Assembly: GCA_951406725.2 (NCBI GenBank)
Contig: OX597814.1
Span: forward strand, 158,410,001 to 158,474,000
Reading direction: 5' to 3'
DNA: 64,000 nt
DNA from: Octopus vulgaris
Lineage: Eukaryota
Shown piece by piece: positions 1-13,272 of this stretch (the stretch's first letter is position 1; each line of letters begins with the position of its first letter). The notes under the pieces are model-generated. The model did no database searches. It saw only the letters and a list, made by a program, of their open reading frames with translations, and was not told the DNA's origin. Position numbers and translations under genes: made by a program.

Positions 1-579
1 AGCACAGTACTCTGTGGGACTCCACTGATGACTTTTGCTGGTCTTGAGTGGATGCCATCAACCACAACATGCTGGGTCCTGTTTATTAGGAAATACCTAA
101 TCCATTGAAGTAGTTTTCCACGGTCGACTCTATCAAAGGCATTGCTGAAATCAACGTATATGACATCCGCGTTGGAGCTCTCACTTAGTGCATTTAAGAT
201 GTCATCAAAGTGATGGAGGAGCTGTGTTAGACAGGCCCTCCTACCACAAAAGCCATGCTGGTTGCAATTTAGCAGAGGATTTTGTTCTAGGAAGGCTGCT
301 ATTCTTGATCTCAACACTCTCTCAAATATGTTCATGATATGTGAGGTGAGTGAGATTGGATGGTAGTTTACAGGGAGCGATTTATTACCCTTTTTAAAGA
401 TAAGAACGACTGACTGCGAGAGAAGGTTTTGTTGGATAAAACCGGCAGCCAGTGATTTTCTCCAGAGATTTCCAAGAGGAGCTGCAAGTTGTTGTCTGCA
501 TTCCTTCAGCACTTCAGCGGGGAACCTGTCCGGCCCCACAGCTGAATCAGGTTTGATTTCTTTTATTGCTGATAGGATA
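1..579 (-). mobile_element. CR1/L2/Jockey-group LINE reverse transcriptase fragment (runs off the window)
   Basis: Manual minus-strand translation: SAVGPDRFPAEVLKEC...IFKKGNKSLPVNYHPISLTSHIMNIFERVL...NQHGF...DVIYVDFSNAFDRVD...VISGVPQSTVL, which are typical non-LTR RT motifs. Confidence 0.9.
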
Positions 580-620
580 TTAGTGGCGTCGAAAGTTACG
601 TCGGAAAGGACATGTTGAGG

Positions 621-711
<91 letters not shown>

Positions 712-719
712 CGTACATA

Positions 720-960
720 CTAGTCGCCATGATTGATCGTTAGACACTACACACATTTTTTCTCTCCATGTTTCACTCCTTGTTTTTTCTCTCCTTTTTC
801 TCTCCTCGTTTCTCTCCTTGTTTTTTCTGTGTCCCTTTCTGTAGAAGAGCGTAGACTCGAAACGTAAAAGACTTTTTCTATTCCTGAGCGTTATACTAAT
901 ACATCTGTTTGTTTTGTACACCACCTGTCTTCGTCTTTTGTTTTTCCGTAAACTCTCACT
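720..960 (+). mobile_element. Solo terminal (pLTR-like) segment of a Penelope-like element
   Basis: Homologous in reverse orientation to 50525-50750, which lies just downstream of a GIY-YIG ORF end. Contains an HHR-like motif and is flanked by microsatellites. Confidence 0.75.
835..870 (+). ncRNA. Minimal type I hammerhead-like motif (core CUGUAGA)
   Basis: CTTT-CTGTAGA-A-GAGC GTAG ACTC-GAAA-CG-TA-AAAG. Stem I CTTT/AAAG, stem II with one mismatch, palindromic ACGT stem III. Confidence 0.65.
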
Positions 961-1206
961 ATACATACATACATACATACATACATACATACATACATAC
1001 ATACATACATACATACATACATGCATACATACATATATCCTCATAAATATATGTACACATATGTATACATAAGTATGTCCAAACCGAAATAGTTACTAAT
1101 AGTTTTATGCTTTTATGCCTTTTGCCTATGATACTTTGAACCTGAACTATTGTCTGGAGATAAAGGGTGTCTTTTATAAATATGACTAATAAAGAATCAT
1201 GATGTG

Positions 1207-1520
1207 AATGCGCATGGTTGAGTGGTTAGATCGTCGGGTCAACAATCATGAGGTAGTGAGTTCGATTCCGGGACCGGGTTTTGTGTTGTGCTCTTGAACA
1301 AGAGACTTTACTTCACGTCACTCCAGTGCACTCGGCTATGGAAATGATTCCGTCGTCACGGGTGGCAGACTCTATCGGCGTTTGCGTTTCGCTTGGAGGG
1401 AAGCTGGTATTCGACTGCTGGACTTCCATAAACAACATTGCCCGGAATTGTGCTAAAGAGGGAAACTTTCTAAGTGCAATCCCATGGTCACTCATGACCG
1501 AAGGGGCTATTTACCCTTTA
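1207..1520 (+). mobile_element. tRNA-derived SINE with CORE-like central domain
   Basis: A-box-like TGGTTGAGTGG, B-box GAGTTCGATTCC, and TGTGCTCTTGAACAAGAGACTT central motif shared with 3158-3481. Confidence 0.8.
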
Positions 1521-2563
1521 TATGGATGGGTGGTTGGATATTATATTTACACATAGATGCATGTATCTATACATACTCTAGCGAAAACCTTTATATTAAA
1601 TTAGCTTCGAGGACTTAATACATCAAAGAATTTATATTCTCAATCAAGTACCTTGATATCTTCCATATTCGGCCATATTCTGCTGCATTACAGGGCTATA
1701 CATTTTCTTCCCTCACACTCATTCAATTGCCAATCTATCTGCCTATCTATCTATCTGTCTGTCTCCCTATCTATCTAGCCATCTTTTAATTTTTCTGTAT
1801 ACATATCGATCTATTTATATCTGTATATGCATACGCAGTGAACATATATGACAAAAATATTTGTTTCCTTTGTGTCCAAAAGTTACACTACATAACATGA
1901 TTGATTTTTTTAAAAATATATTTTAGATTGGTGTTCGATATTTTTTAGAAATTTTAGATAATTTTTGATTCTACAAATCGCATCAATTTTGGCTTATGAC
2001 ACTATATGTTGTTAGAAATTTTAGGGTATGTCATACATCAAGACCACTAGGGCTACGTGGAATCTTGTTGATTTTATCTTGATACAACAAACTGTGTGGC
2101 ATTAGGAAGCATTAAACCATATTTAATTACCGTTTAATTTTCAGTTACTTAGTATAATATCACATCAAATTGCTTTCGGAACTATAGTAACTGATTCATA
2201 AATTAAAAAAAAACATTCTTCTTCATTTTGGTGGTATAATGATGAGGGATCTAAAATACGTGACAACCTTAAAAGCCGTTGCAGATTTAAAAGCAATCCA
2301 CCTTTCCATTCTTTTTACTGCGCTATATTACACGCAGTGATTTCATACTGTTTGTCATTACCTGTCACTAAAGTATGCCGTGAAAATATCACCTTTCTCA
2401 AACTTTTTCATAAATGGAGAGGACAGAGATAGTGATCAAAACATGTCAGTTTCAGAGCATTATCGCATTGATCAGAAGTCCTTTACCGCCAGAGATGTCA
2501 GGATAAACATCGTTCTAATCAGCCTGCAGACAGGAGAAACACATTAGCATACTGTATGTATTA

Positions 2564-2596
<33 letters not shown>

Positions 2597-2669
2597 TGTA
2601 TGTATGTATGTATGTATGTATGTATGTATGTATGTATATATGTATGTATGTATGTGTGTGTGTGTGTCA

Positions 2670-3046
2670 TTATTGCCTCCGCCTTAGTGAAGGCGGTGGT
2701 ATTGTTTCAGTTGTGTTTGTTTATTTGTCCGTGGACGAGATATCTCAAAAACCGCTAGATGGATTCGGATGAAACTTTAAGGAATGTCTGGCCTCATGAC
2801 TGGCACGAACCGATTAGATTTTGGGATCTATTCGGTACAAGACAAGGATTCGGGATTATTTGTCTCGATTTTTCTTTTAACTTAATTTTTGAGAGCCGTC
2901 GGGTTCATTTTTAGTATTCTCGTTTGTGAGAGTAGACGAGTTTGTTTCAGATATTCTCGCTTTAAAAATTATCTCTGGCTAATCGTTGAGAGGACGTTGG
3001 TGTTGCCTTGTCGGAGGTTTGCGCTCTCTCAGTGATCTTGTTTAGT
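2670..3046 (+). mobile_element. Non-autonomous Helentron-associated (HINE/DINE-1-like) element
   Basis: Subterminal inverted repeats CCTCCGCC...GTCGGAGG, internal simple repeat, GATGAAACTT core and a short 3' hairpin before T-rich flank. Confidence 0.65.
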
Positions 3047-3049
3047 TTT

Positions 3050-4050
3050 ATTTCAAGATTTCTTGCTAATAAAGAAAGAGATGGTTTCTAACCAAGGCTC
3101 CTTCATTGATTTTTCAACATCAACAAGAGGGTATTTTTGTATGTATGTATGTATGTAGAAGGAGCACTCCGTCGTTTGCGATGACGAAGTTCTCAGCTGA
3201 TACGATCAACGGAACAGCCTGCTCGTGGGATTAACGTGCAAGTGGCTGAGCACTCCACAAACACGTGTACCCTTAACGTAGTTCTCGGAGAGATTCAGCG
3301 TGACACAGAGTGTGACAAGGCTGGCCCTTTGAAATACAGGTACTACTCATTTTTGCCAGCTGAGGGGACTGGAGCAACGTGAAATGAAGTGTCTTGCTCA
3401 AGGACACAACGCGCCGCCTGGAATTGAACTCACGACCTTACTATCATGAGCCGAATGCCCCAAAGCACTAAACCAAGCGCATGTATGTATGTATGTATAT
3501 GTGCAGAATTGTATGTTTTATTTTATGTATGTATTCTCATGTATATAGTTTTACAGATTGTTACAGTTCCAGTGATGGATTGGGTCTGTAATCTTCGAAT
3601 TAGCTTTCTCCTTTCTGGTTTTGAGAAACCTAATTTCTCAAGAATGGATTTTTAGACAGTGTGTCACATATCCCAGGGCCCCAATAATTACAGGTATAAA
3701 CCTGGCCTTGTAATCTAGATATAGTGACTGCAGATTTCTACAGTTTCTCTTCTCTATCCCAAATCCTTATATCAGATCTGTTCTGCTCACATATTATTGA
3801 GGTTTACAAGAGGACATCCCACCAGTACTCCTTTTTATTATGAGTGGTTATGGCTTCTACCATACTGAGGGTTCTTATTTCTTTGTCCTTTGGATTATCC
3901 TTCCTACGGATTCCATTATAGAGTGTCCTAGCTACAAAATCATGTCTCGTTGGTAGATAATACCGTGATGACATTTTCGGACAACTACTTATGATGTTGG
4001 TGATATCTTCGGTGTTTTAACTTCACAAAGTCTACCTCCGTTATCACATT
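3050..4050 (-). mobile_element. 3' end of an R4/Dong-like (RLE) non-LTR retrotransposon, interrupted by a SINE
   Basis: Minus strand encodes PVIIGALGYVTHCLKIHLEKLGFSKPERRKLIRRLQTQSITGTV. The 3' UTR is homologous to 54130-54400. Confidence 0.8.
3158..3481 (-). mobile_element. tRNA-derived SINE with CORE-like domain
   Basis: Reverse complement shows B-box GAGTTCAATTCC then TGTGTCCTTGAGCAAGACACTT. Inserted in a (TATG)n tract. Confidence 0.85.
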
Positions 4051-4159
4051 TTACTGTTTTTACTGTTTTTTATGTATGTATGTATGTATGTATGTATGTA
4101 TGTATGTATTTATGTATGTATGTATGTATGTATGTATTTATGTATGTATGTTTGTTTGT

Positions 4160-4410
4160 TTGTGGAAGACCAGCAATCGCCCATGCATACCAGTCTCCGC
4201 TCCTCACAAAAACCGATGTTGTCCAGGGGAAAGTCAAAGGCCGACACAACTTGGCACCAGCGACGTCGCAACTTATTTACAAAACCGAATGAATTGGAGC
4301 AACGTGAAATAAAGTGTCTTGTTGAAGAAATCAACACACATTTTGGTCTGGAATTGAACTCACAACCTCTCGATTGTAAACCCGTCGCCCTACCCACTGA
4401 GGCATGCTCC
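4160..4410 (-). mobile_element. tRNA-derived SINE (decayed)
   Basis: GGAATTGAACTCAC B-box complement and GGAGCAACGTGAAATAAAGTGTCTT shared with the 3158-3481 SINE. Confidence 0.7.
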
Positions 4411-5699
4411 TTCACAACATACATACACAAACATATGCGTGTATTTGTGTGCATGTATTATGTATGTATGTATATATGTATGTATATACGTACGTACGTA
4501 TGTATGTGTGTGTGTATGTATGCATGTATATATCTACGTACGTATGCATGTATGTATGTATGTATGTATGCTTGCAAGATGGAGAGTTGCCGAAGATGAA
4601 ACACCAGAGTTCAAGGAGAATGATAGTTTCGAATTATTAAGAGAGGTGAGAAACGTGATAATTTAGATTCACGTTCTTCACACATTTACATTCTCAGTTG
4701 ATTCCTCTATCGATTGGAGAAGGTACTGGAGTACATCTTCTACGAGGTGCAATCAACAAAGCATGAAATGGTTCATCAGTATTCCCCATAACTTTTTTTT
4801 TCAGCACATTGGAAGTGTAGTTGGTATGTGTTTGCCATTTTATATACTTCATTATCACAGCTAAGGTCTTCTCACATGTAAATTTTTGATCCACGATGTG
4901 CTATGCATAAAATATGTAGATACTTTACTTTTCTTTACTCTTGCGTAGATGATTGAAAAGGAAGTAAACATATTTGTCATTCAATTACCTCCCACCAAAA
5001 AGGAAATTACTTAAACCAAACCCTCGATTGGGACACCTTAAATATAAATAGGTTCAAGGTCAACATTCGATCCATTATGTCAGTGATTTTTGACACCGGA
5101 ATAAAGCCAAAAATTTGATGGGGTGAGAAATGTCAGATATATCGTTCCCAGAATTCTATTGGTGCTTGTTTTATCGATCCCAGAAGGGTGGCAGACAAAT
5201 GACATCAACGGGATTTGAACACAGAACATACAAATATGTGACCAGATACAGTATCACATATTCCACTGATTCTTCCAATCAACTTCTTTACAGCAACGTA
5301 ATATTAATGTAGAACATGTTTTGTGATCAAACATCAAAGCCAGAATCAAAAGTAAAAGCGTGCCTTCTTAGAATTAATTGATAATTAACATAGGAAAGTA
5401 ATAGCATGATAATGAGATATTCTTTGATGGCTTATAGAAGAGCGGATATTACACTAATGCGATTTTTATTTCTCACAATTACAGTTTTAATCAAAGTAAA
5501 CGTATATGTAGTTCATGGAAATATCTCGATTTTTGTTCCTAATTATAATCGGTTGACACAACTCGAACCACATATCTATCGCCTAATAAACAATCGTATT
5601 ACTAACTGTAACAAATTCAGTGGATATCCTGCGCCTTTTAGTGGTCACATTAATGTTTCCATGGGTATAATGTTTCATTGCGTGTCCATTTAATCCATA

Positions 5700-5900
5700 G
5701 GCGGTGTTGTTGTTGTCTATCACCTTGTCAACACTGAATGATTAAACCGATATATGAAGGCGTTCCAATTACGGTGATCCCTTATTGTTATGTGTAAGAT
5801 TACAGGCCTTAACATGTCATTTATCTAAGACAATAAATGTAATTTGAGGATATTTTGCCACTATTTCTAGTGTGGATCAGTAAGAGCTTCTTTCTACCTC
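5700..5900 (+). repeat. Dispersed unclassified repeat family
   Basis: Shared AATTTGAGG...GCTATTTCT motif. Related decayed copies at about 14640-14820 (-), 19900-20090 (+), 20380-20735 (-) and 43045-43245 (+). Confidence 0.5.
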
Positions 5901-6239
5901 ATTAAAATCTTAGTTGATAAGTCATAATTTTAATCATTTTCTCAGATTAATTATTGAAGAATCATCGATCGAGACGTGTGGCCTTATATTAAAGGTCTAA
6001 CTCAGCGTAGTTGACTGACAACAAATTAAATATGTAAGAGACGGACGGGTGCAATGCACACTGACTATTCAGTTTAAAGAGAAAACACACATAATTTGAT
6101 ATGATGACATCATTAACATAGCCATCCCAATAGCTGTAAATATTTTGTTTTAGTTTCGTTATTGAGTTTATTGGTCTCCGATTTAAAAATCCAGTTTTCA
6201 AAAACAAAATTTAATATTGCTTATACTAATAATTTATAC

Positions 6240-6602
6240 ATAGCTGTGTGGTAAGAAGCTTGCTTCCCAACCATATGGTTCGGGTTTAGTCCCACTGGGA
6301 GGCACCTTGGGTAAGTGTCTTCTGCTGTTGCCTCAGGCTGATTAAAGCTTTGTGAGTGAGTCTCGTGGACAGAAACTGAAAGAAGCCTATCGCACATATA
6401 TACGTGTGTGTCTACTTTCATGTTTTGTCCCCAACCACAGCTTGACCACTGGTATTGGTGAATTTACGTCCCCGTAACTTGGCATTTCAGCAAAAGAGAA
6501 CGATAGAATAGATACTAGTCTTTAAAAAATATAAATACTAAGGTGGATTCATTCGACTAAAAAGTTTTCACGTCGGCGTCTAATGATTGAAATAAATAAA
6601 AG
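6240..6602 (+). mobile_element. tRNA-derived SINE (abundant family with internal microsatellite)
   Basis: Head GCTGTGTGGTAAGAAGCTTGCTTCCCAACCA...GGCACCTTGGGTAAGTGTCTTC. Same family as 13905-14335 and 59560-60030. Confidence 0.85.
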
Positions 6603-6854
6603 CTATTTAAAAAAAAAACGGAAATAGTCGTCAGTCGCGCTTACTCATATGAAGACGACACATCCTATTCGTCCCCGAGACAGTCTCCAATTCATCTCTG
6701 TTAAGAAATATGATGTCTGTGCTTACATAGTCTCTTTTCTTTCTAGCACCTCTGTCATTTGTGTATCATTATTAATTACTTTCAGTTACTCACCATATAT
6801 GTACCTGCACCATTCCTCGCTCACTTCGAATCACCAACAACTCTGGAACCATAT

Positions 6855-6940
<86 letters not shown>

Positions 6941-6954
6941 ATGTGCGTGTGTGT

Positions 6955-7029
<75 letters not shown>

Positions 7030-8738
7030 AAGAGAGAGATACACACACACACGCACATACACACACACGCACACACACGCACACACACATATATATATAA
7101 CTTCACATTACTCCGACATCGTCTTCGCTGGCTTCCACATTTACAACTGCTCGTGATTCTTTCGCTCATCCCACATCAATGTCGCCGATGAAAGCACTTA
7201 ATCTCTTGCAATCGTCATCTTTTTTTTTCATTTATTTGTTTCCTATCCTACATGCAACCCAGTTCGACACGCAAATACTCCAAATAGCTTCCATTTCTAT
7301 TCTCAAAACCAAAGACATAATAAACTATAACTGTTTCCATACCTTTCGAGTCATCCAACAGCTATGTCACTTCCACCACTAATCATCACACATCCATATA
7401 CCACGCAACAAGCCCGGAAACATGTACCTTGTAGTACTACAAGTCAACCGACTAATCAGAGCTCCACCAGATTTCAAACAGCTAACCCTGGCAGCATGTG
7501 CCTCGTTCCTGATTCATCAACAACGGCTAACCAATTGATTGAAATTATAGTTTTAGGCACGTCTCTCAACATTCTGCATGCAAGAAAAACTCAGTGCTCT
7601 ATGTCCCTAATCCATAGTTGTGCTGAAGCTGTTCCGAAAAAGAAAATAAGGCTTACAACGACTGGAAAAATCCAACCCAATCCCACAAAAGATGTGTGGC
7701 GTTTATCCAGTAATTCAACATCTGCAGGATCACTACATCAACCTCGAAATCTTATATCGTGTATTGTACAGCTCTCAAGCTATACTCACCTTTCCAACTA
7801 CAGCTGATTGCTCCGGTTTCTTGACAAAAGTATTTCCACTACATGAAGGGTTTTCCTTCAATCTATTTCACAACAATGATGATTCTGTCAGCAGTGACAC
7901 ATCCACCTGCAAGAAAACCTTCACAAAGACTTATTTACATTTCTTACTCGTTTTTGTTTCTTCATTTTGTTTCCTTCTTTGCATTCTAAATGCAAACAAG
8001 CTTTCTAGTAAGATTAAAGCTTAGAGCAAGGAAGAACAGTTGCTCTAATATAAACGTCTCCCAGGATTACACAAAATGCTAGGATCAAATACCGTAGGCA
8101 ACCTTCAGTTTTTCCGCCATTCCAGGCATTTTTAATTTATTGTATTATATGCTATTATTAATAAGTGATTTCACTTTTGAGGTATATTTAGATCAAGTGT
8201 AATATCGGCATATTTAAGTTTTCCTTTAACAGTAAGAACGGCTGTGAAACGCAAACAAAATGCATATGCGTTTTTAAATATATCTGGGAGCAGAAACTTA
8301 TTAATTTATTCATAATACAGGCTACATTGAATAATCAATATTCCATGTAGGTGTACTTATAATTTTTTTGAAAGCCTGTAGTGAAATGAAAACAAATTTA
8401 AATACATTTTAATTAATTAACTAATTAATTAATTAATTGGTCAATTAATGAACAGCCATGCCAAATATTCTTCGTTGTATAAATGTGACTAACCATTTCA
8501 GTTTAGTGAAAGTTATTTTGATATAGAGACCTATCGGCTATGAATATTTCCCTGCAGATGGTCATGTTACTAGTTATAATAATATTTTTATGCCCATGGA
8601 AAGATACAAAATTTTGTTTCCGTATGTTTACATTCCGCTGTGAGGCTAATGAGATATGTGTGTGAGTGTGTATGTTGCATATATGTATGTGTGTATATGT
8701 GTGTGTTCGTGTGTGTATTATAAATATTATGTATATTT

Positions 8739-8770
<32 letters not shown>

Positions 8771-8865
8771 GTATATACATATATATATATGTATGTATAT
8801 AACATACACAGACGTAAAACCCCCTCATTCACAACGTCTTCATACGTACACACGTATCAATATAC

Positions 8866-8908
<43 letters not shown>

Positions 8909-9165
8909 CTCCCGCACACGCACACAAATATATATACACATATGCATACACCCCATCACACACATACACCCGCGCACACACAACCATATGCTTATCCATA
9001 TAAGTGAAGGGGACGTGTGCACATGGAAATCGCACATATGCACCAGACACACCCAGCCACATATACATGCATATAATAGATATACATACATACACACACA
9101 CCATACATATAAAAAGGAAAAATACAAAAATATATAAAAAACAATATATAAATTAAAACTAAATA

Positions 9166-10600
9166 TTAATGGGAGTTAAAATGTATGGGAAAGATTGTGC
9201 ATGAACATAGTAGAAATGTGGTCTCTAACCGTAACAGGTATTTTGTGACATATGGACATAAACCAAAGAGTTCAATTCTTGAATGTAAACATGCTGCGAG
9301 GATTAAGGAACTTTTCCAGATGAGCCATCTTTCTAGGTTACAAAGACCGCATTTGCCACTATCATTGGTATAAGGATTACATTTAGCTAAGATCTTCCAG
9401 TAGATACTGTAGTTGACGCCTTGTTCTTTTAAGAACCGTATATAAATTGGTAATTTAGTAGTCTTTCGTTTATTCCAGTGCCTGAAGTTTAAGGTGTGAT
9501 CGTTAAATCTTCCTTTAAAATTTTCCTCTGTGATACCCACATATCTCTTGGAGGAAACTGTATTATTAGTGTTGGTGGAATTTACAGTAGTTTCATAAAT
9601 AATGGCCTCGATCATACAGGCACCATTTAGTGGAACAGCCTGCAGGAACAACCGGCTTCGTTGTGTTGTCTTGTATTGTGCGTGATCATGCTTTTAAAAT
9701 TTGGGGTTTAGCTAAAATTAATTTAAGGAGTTTTCTATATTTGTGATATATTGGAAAATGTATATCTATGAGTGATAAGAAATATTTGCCTATATTAAAA
9801 GTCCCATCAGGGGATTAAGGGGGTGTGAACCAGATAATTTTCCTGTGTCTATGTTTCCTTTTCTTTATTTTTGGTCGAATGGTAGGGGTATAACCTATTT
9901 CCTCTTTAACTCCACTAGCTTTGAGGGCATTGTTATATAGGGCGCAGCATTATTAAATATGTTTATATTGAAGGAGAGGATAGACATATTACTAATATTG
10001 ACTAAATTCTTAAACACTATGGGAGGTGACAGGAACCTACATTAATATAACTAAGTCTATCGTTGGGTTTTCTATAAGGTTTCTAAATATTTTCTTGCAG
10101 ATCTAGAGATACGTCAAAGAAATTGACAACCGTTGGTATCTATCGTTAACTTAAGATCGAATGTTTTCATGAGTTGGATAATATCCTTCCTTAAACGATC
10201 TTGTGCTGACCCATTGGTAATCTTAGTTAAAACTACAGCATCGTCCCTATAAATAGTAAAATATATACCAGAAAAGGCCTTTCCGAACGTGGCGAGCAGA
10301 AATAGCCCAATGAGATCGCATGTCTGCTCCATTATATGACCCCATGCTCACATCGAAAGTACCCTCTATGCCTGCTGTCTTTACCCACTCTGCATTCTTG
10401 CTGAAGAGTAAGGTCTTTCTAGCATGGAGGATTATATCTGTATATTTCTGTATAATTGCCTGCGAATGTGAGGGCTTTATCTTGTAGTTTTTTTAGAAAT
10501 AGATACATAGAAATCTGCAGTATCGAATTGTGTAAATCTGGCTTTATCATTATTTTTAATTACTTTAAACCAGTTAACAACTTCAGTACTATTTTTCTAT
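9166..10600 (-). mobile_element. Decayed Naiad-type Penelope-like element (RT plus C-terminal GIY-YIG)
   Basis: Frameshifted motifs KNSTEVVNWFK..FTQFDTADFY, FDVSMG, TCDLIGL, YRDD, FLDVSLDL, IIWFTPP. Then PLNGAC..IIY..YVGIT..FKGRF..H and CGLC..E..I (ORFs 10114-10332 and 9166-9651). Confidence 0.9.
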
Positions 10601-10849
10601 ACTAATTATTTTCCTCCAGTTGACATTTAAAATTGGTGTTTAATATATTTTTTATCTTTTTCTTTTTTTTCTCTTTTTCCTTTTTCTCTTTTTCCACCTA
10701 TTAAAATTACTTCCCTTATATTTAAAGGTTTTTTTTAGCGTCTGTTGCAATTCCATAAACGACGAAAATGTACCGTAGCTCTTTGCTCTGACATTCAAAC
10801 ATCTGAGTACTAATAATGTCAACCGTTTACTGTTTGCTCCCTGAATAAG

Positions 10850-11159
10850 GATTGTTTAAGGATGTTTAAAGAACCACCCATGTTTCCAGAGGTGAATTAT
10901 CCAAACCTCCAAGAATTCCTTTCAACACACGGCTATGATGCTCCCCCACTACTTCTGCTCGTGATCAAAGATGCACATATCATCAGCCACTAAGGGACAT
11001 ACTCAGCTGGTTAAGGTCAAACAACTGACAAGCAAATCTGTGGTATTGAGCAGAATATTTGCTGTAGCCCATCTTTTATACCAAGACAAGACAATGTACA
11101 TGATAACACTTCCAATTATTTAAGATCAGAAGCCATAAGAGCCACTGTTTCGTACTGCA

Positions 11160-11162
<3 letters not shown>
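10850..11162. repeat. Interspersed repeat, unclassified, ending in (ATT)n
   Basis: Discrete GC-richer block bounded by an (ATT)n tract; no clear coding signal. Confidence 0.4.
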
Positions 11163-11192
<30 letters not shown>

Positions 11193-12012
11193 GTACCTAT
11201 GAATGTATGTATGTATGTATGTATGTATGTATGTATGTATGTATGTATGTATGCATGCATGTATGTATATATGTATGTATGTATGTATGTATATATGAAT
11301 GTATGTATGTTTGTATGTATACTTTAGTGTGTGTGTGTTCGTATATTTCTGGAAAAAAACCTTTATTTGAATAGTCTAAATCAATCAAAACGAGTGTAGA
11401 TTCTCAAATATTCTGTCGTGTATTCCTTATTCCGCCTTTCAATAACCATACAGAATCATTCGATTTTAATATTATTTAGTTATTGTGACTAATCATTTAA
11501 ATGAAATCAAGCTGCCATCATTGACAATATATTGTTACACTTGACCTTTAACTTGATAGTTATCACACTGATTGAACTTTATCTGGATTGCAATTGATTC
11601 TAAAGATTTTATCATTAAGTTACATTCATATATTTTTCGTTATTTTCCAAGGGTTGCAGATTAAGTTTTCAGTTGTATTAATTTGTTATAGTTCTTGAAG
11701 ATTTTATATTTCTGATTTATTGCTTTTGCAATGAAGATTATATTTCTAAAGTCAAATTATTTTTCCCCAGTTGACATTTAGGATTGATTTTCTTGTAAGT
11801 ACGTATTAAAAACGATTAACTTAGTCTACTAGCAAGTGACGTAGCTAAAATATGGATAAAAGATAACTTATGCTGAAATTTAAGACTTAGGATTGTCTCG
11901 ACCTTTAATAATTATCGTGAAAAAACCTAAGCGAAATATATAATACGATGCTATATATAGTACTGCAAAACTAAGCATATACTCAAATAATATAATTATA
12001 AGCGTTTATATA

Positions 12013-12232
12013 CGAGCGTGTGCTGAAAAGTTCCTGACTTTAAGGGTATCACGAAAGACCTGGTTGGAGGCCTAACCTTCCGAGTTCTTTTGCAGGGCTG
12101 AGAAGAACTGAAGGACCGCTGCATTAAATGTGTGAATCTGAGAGGAGAATATGTTGAATAATAACATAATTAAGTGATCCTCTTGTATTTTCTTTTACCG
12201 AAAACCAGGAACTTTTCAACCCACCCAACTCG
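12013..12232 (+). mobile_element. Internally deleted mariner (MITE-like)
   Basis: TIRs CGAGCGTGTGCTGAAAAGTTCCTG / CAGGAACTTTTCAACCCACCCAACTCG with TA flanks. Retains transposase C-terminus (LKDRCIKCVNLRGEYVE). Confidence 0.85.
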
Positions 12233-12524
12233 TATGTAGCGTGTATGCAAATCATAATATATGTATATACTTCACTTTTACTTTTACGTTTCAATCAGAG
12301 ACTGAATCCAAAGCCAGCGTCGCAGTTTGCTGTCTGTGAATGAGGAAGATGGACAACGTCGGATTCATTTGTGTTCTGCCTTGATGCGGGATCGTCAGGC
12401 AAACCAGATAAAAAAAATTTCTGCATATTTTTAATATATCCTCATTTACACCTTGTAAATCTTTGTAGAAGTTTTTGGCGAGGTAATTAGATGATGTGGG
12501 CTACTGAACTGTGCGTCAAACCAG

Positions 12525-13130
12525 GTGGATTGTTTCTTTGTTTCTGGTTCAAAGTGTCGAAGCCAACACTCATCCTGGTTTCGGAAAAATTCAGGGAAAC
12601 CAGCTGGATTTGTTTCAAACAATGTCAGATTTTCCCGTGACATGATCAATCTTGTGCGCTTTTGATCAGGTGTCAGCAGATGTGAAAGCCAGCAAGCAGA
12701 AACCTTCATCATGCCAAGTCTATTGCACAGAATATTCCCAACTCTCTTATGTTAATAACATCGGTAATTTGATTTATAGTCAACCACTTGTCACCAATCA
12801 CCATCAATGTTTTCCCACGGGGTGGGAGTAGCAAGACGTCCAGACCTAGGGTTATCTTCCAAAATCTACCTTCAATTCTTAATTTCAACTGCCCACTTTT
12901 GCACTATTGATAAATCTGGCTGGAGCAGCATCCCCTAAAGTAATAACCATATCAGCATGCATGTTCTTGGGAGCTAAACCCTTATTCTGCAAATACTTTA
13001 TAACAACATAATACGAAATTTTGTCCATCTTCAAGAGAAGATGCTACTAGTTAGTTCTGAAGCCTTCTTTGAACAGTGATATGTCAGTTTATCTGAAAAG
13101 AATCTATGCACTTATTGATAAGAAGGGTTG
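12525..13130 (-). pseudogene. Mariner transposase N-terminal fragment
   Basis: MDKI..VIKYLQNKGLAPK...DNPRSGR...LGMMKVSACWLSHLLTPDQK...QDECWLRHFEPETKKQS. Confidence 0.85.
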
Positions 13131-13226
13131 AGATTAATGCATGCAGGATTTCACAACTCTAGCATCATTCCTTCATTGTCAACCTATGAATTATTCAATC
13201 CATTCTCATATACATATATATGTATG

Positions 13227-13272
<46 letters not shown>

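Noticed and set aside
25-31. CTGATGA heptamer
   Set aside because: It lies in the antisense of the LINE RT coding sequence, with no matching stems or GAAA.
2442-2526. Minus-strand hammerhead-like spacing CTGATTA...GCTCT-GAAA-CTG
   Set aside because: The core is mutated, there is no UH cleavage site and stem I does not pair; too degenerate to call.
4570-4920. Possible non-LTR RT remnant
   Set aside because: No diagnostic motif could be read with confidence.
6620-7810. Possible very old Penelope GIY-YIG remnants (HFESP, PPLII, NLISCI-like words)
   Set aside because: The motifs are weak and not in a consistent order; a profile search would be needed.
12300-12402. H/ACA snoRNA-like hairpin-ACACAA-hairpin on the minus strand
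   Set aside because: The first hairpin is too short and there is no terminal ACA box.
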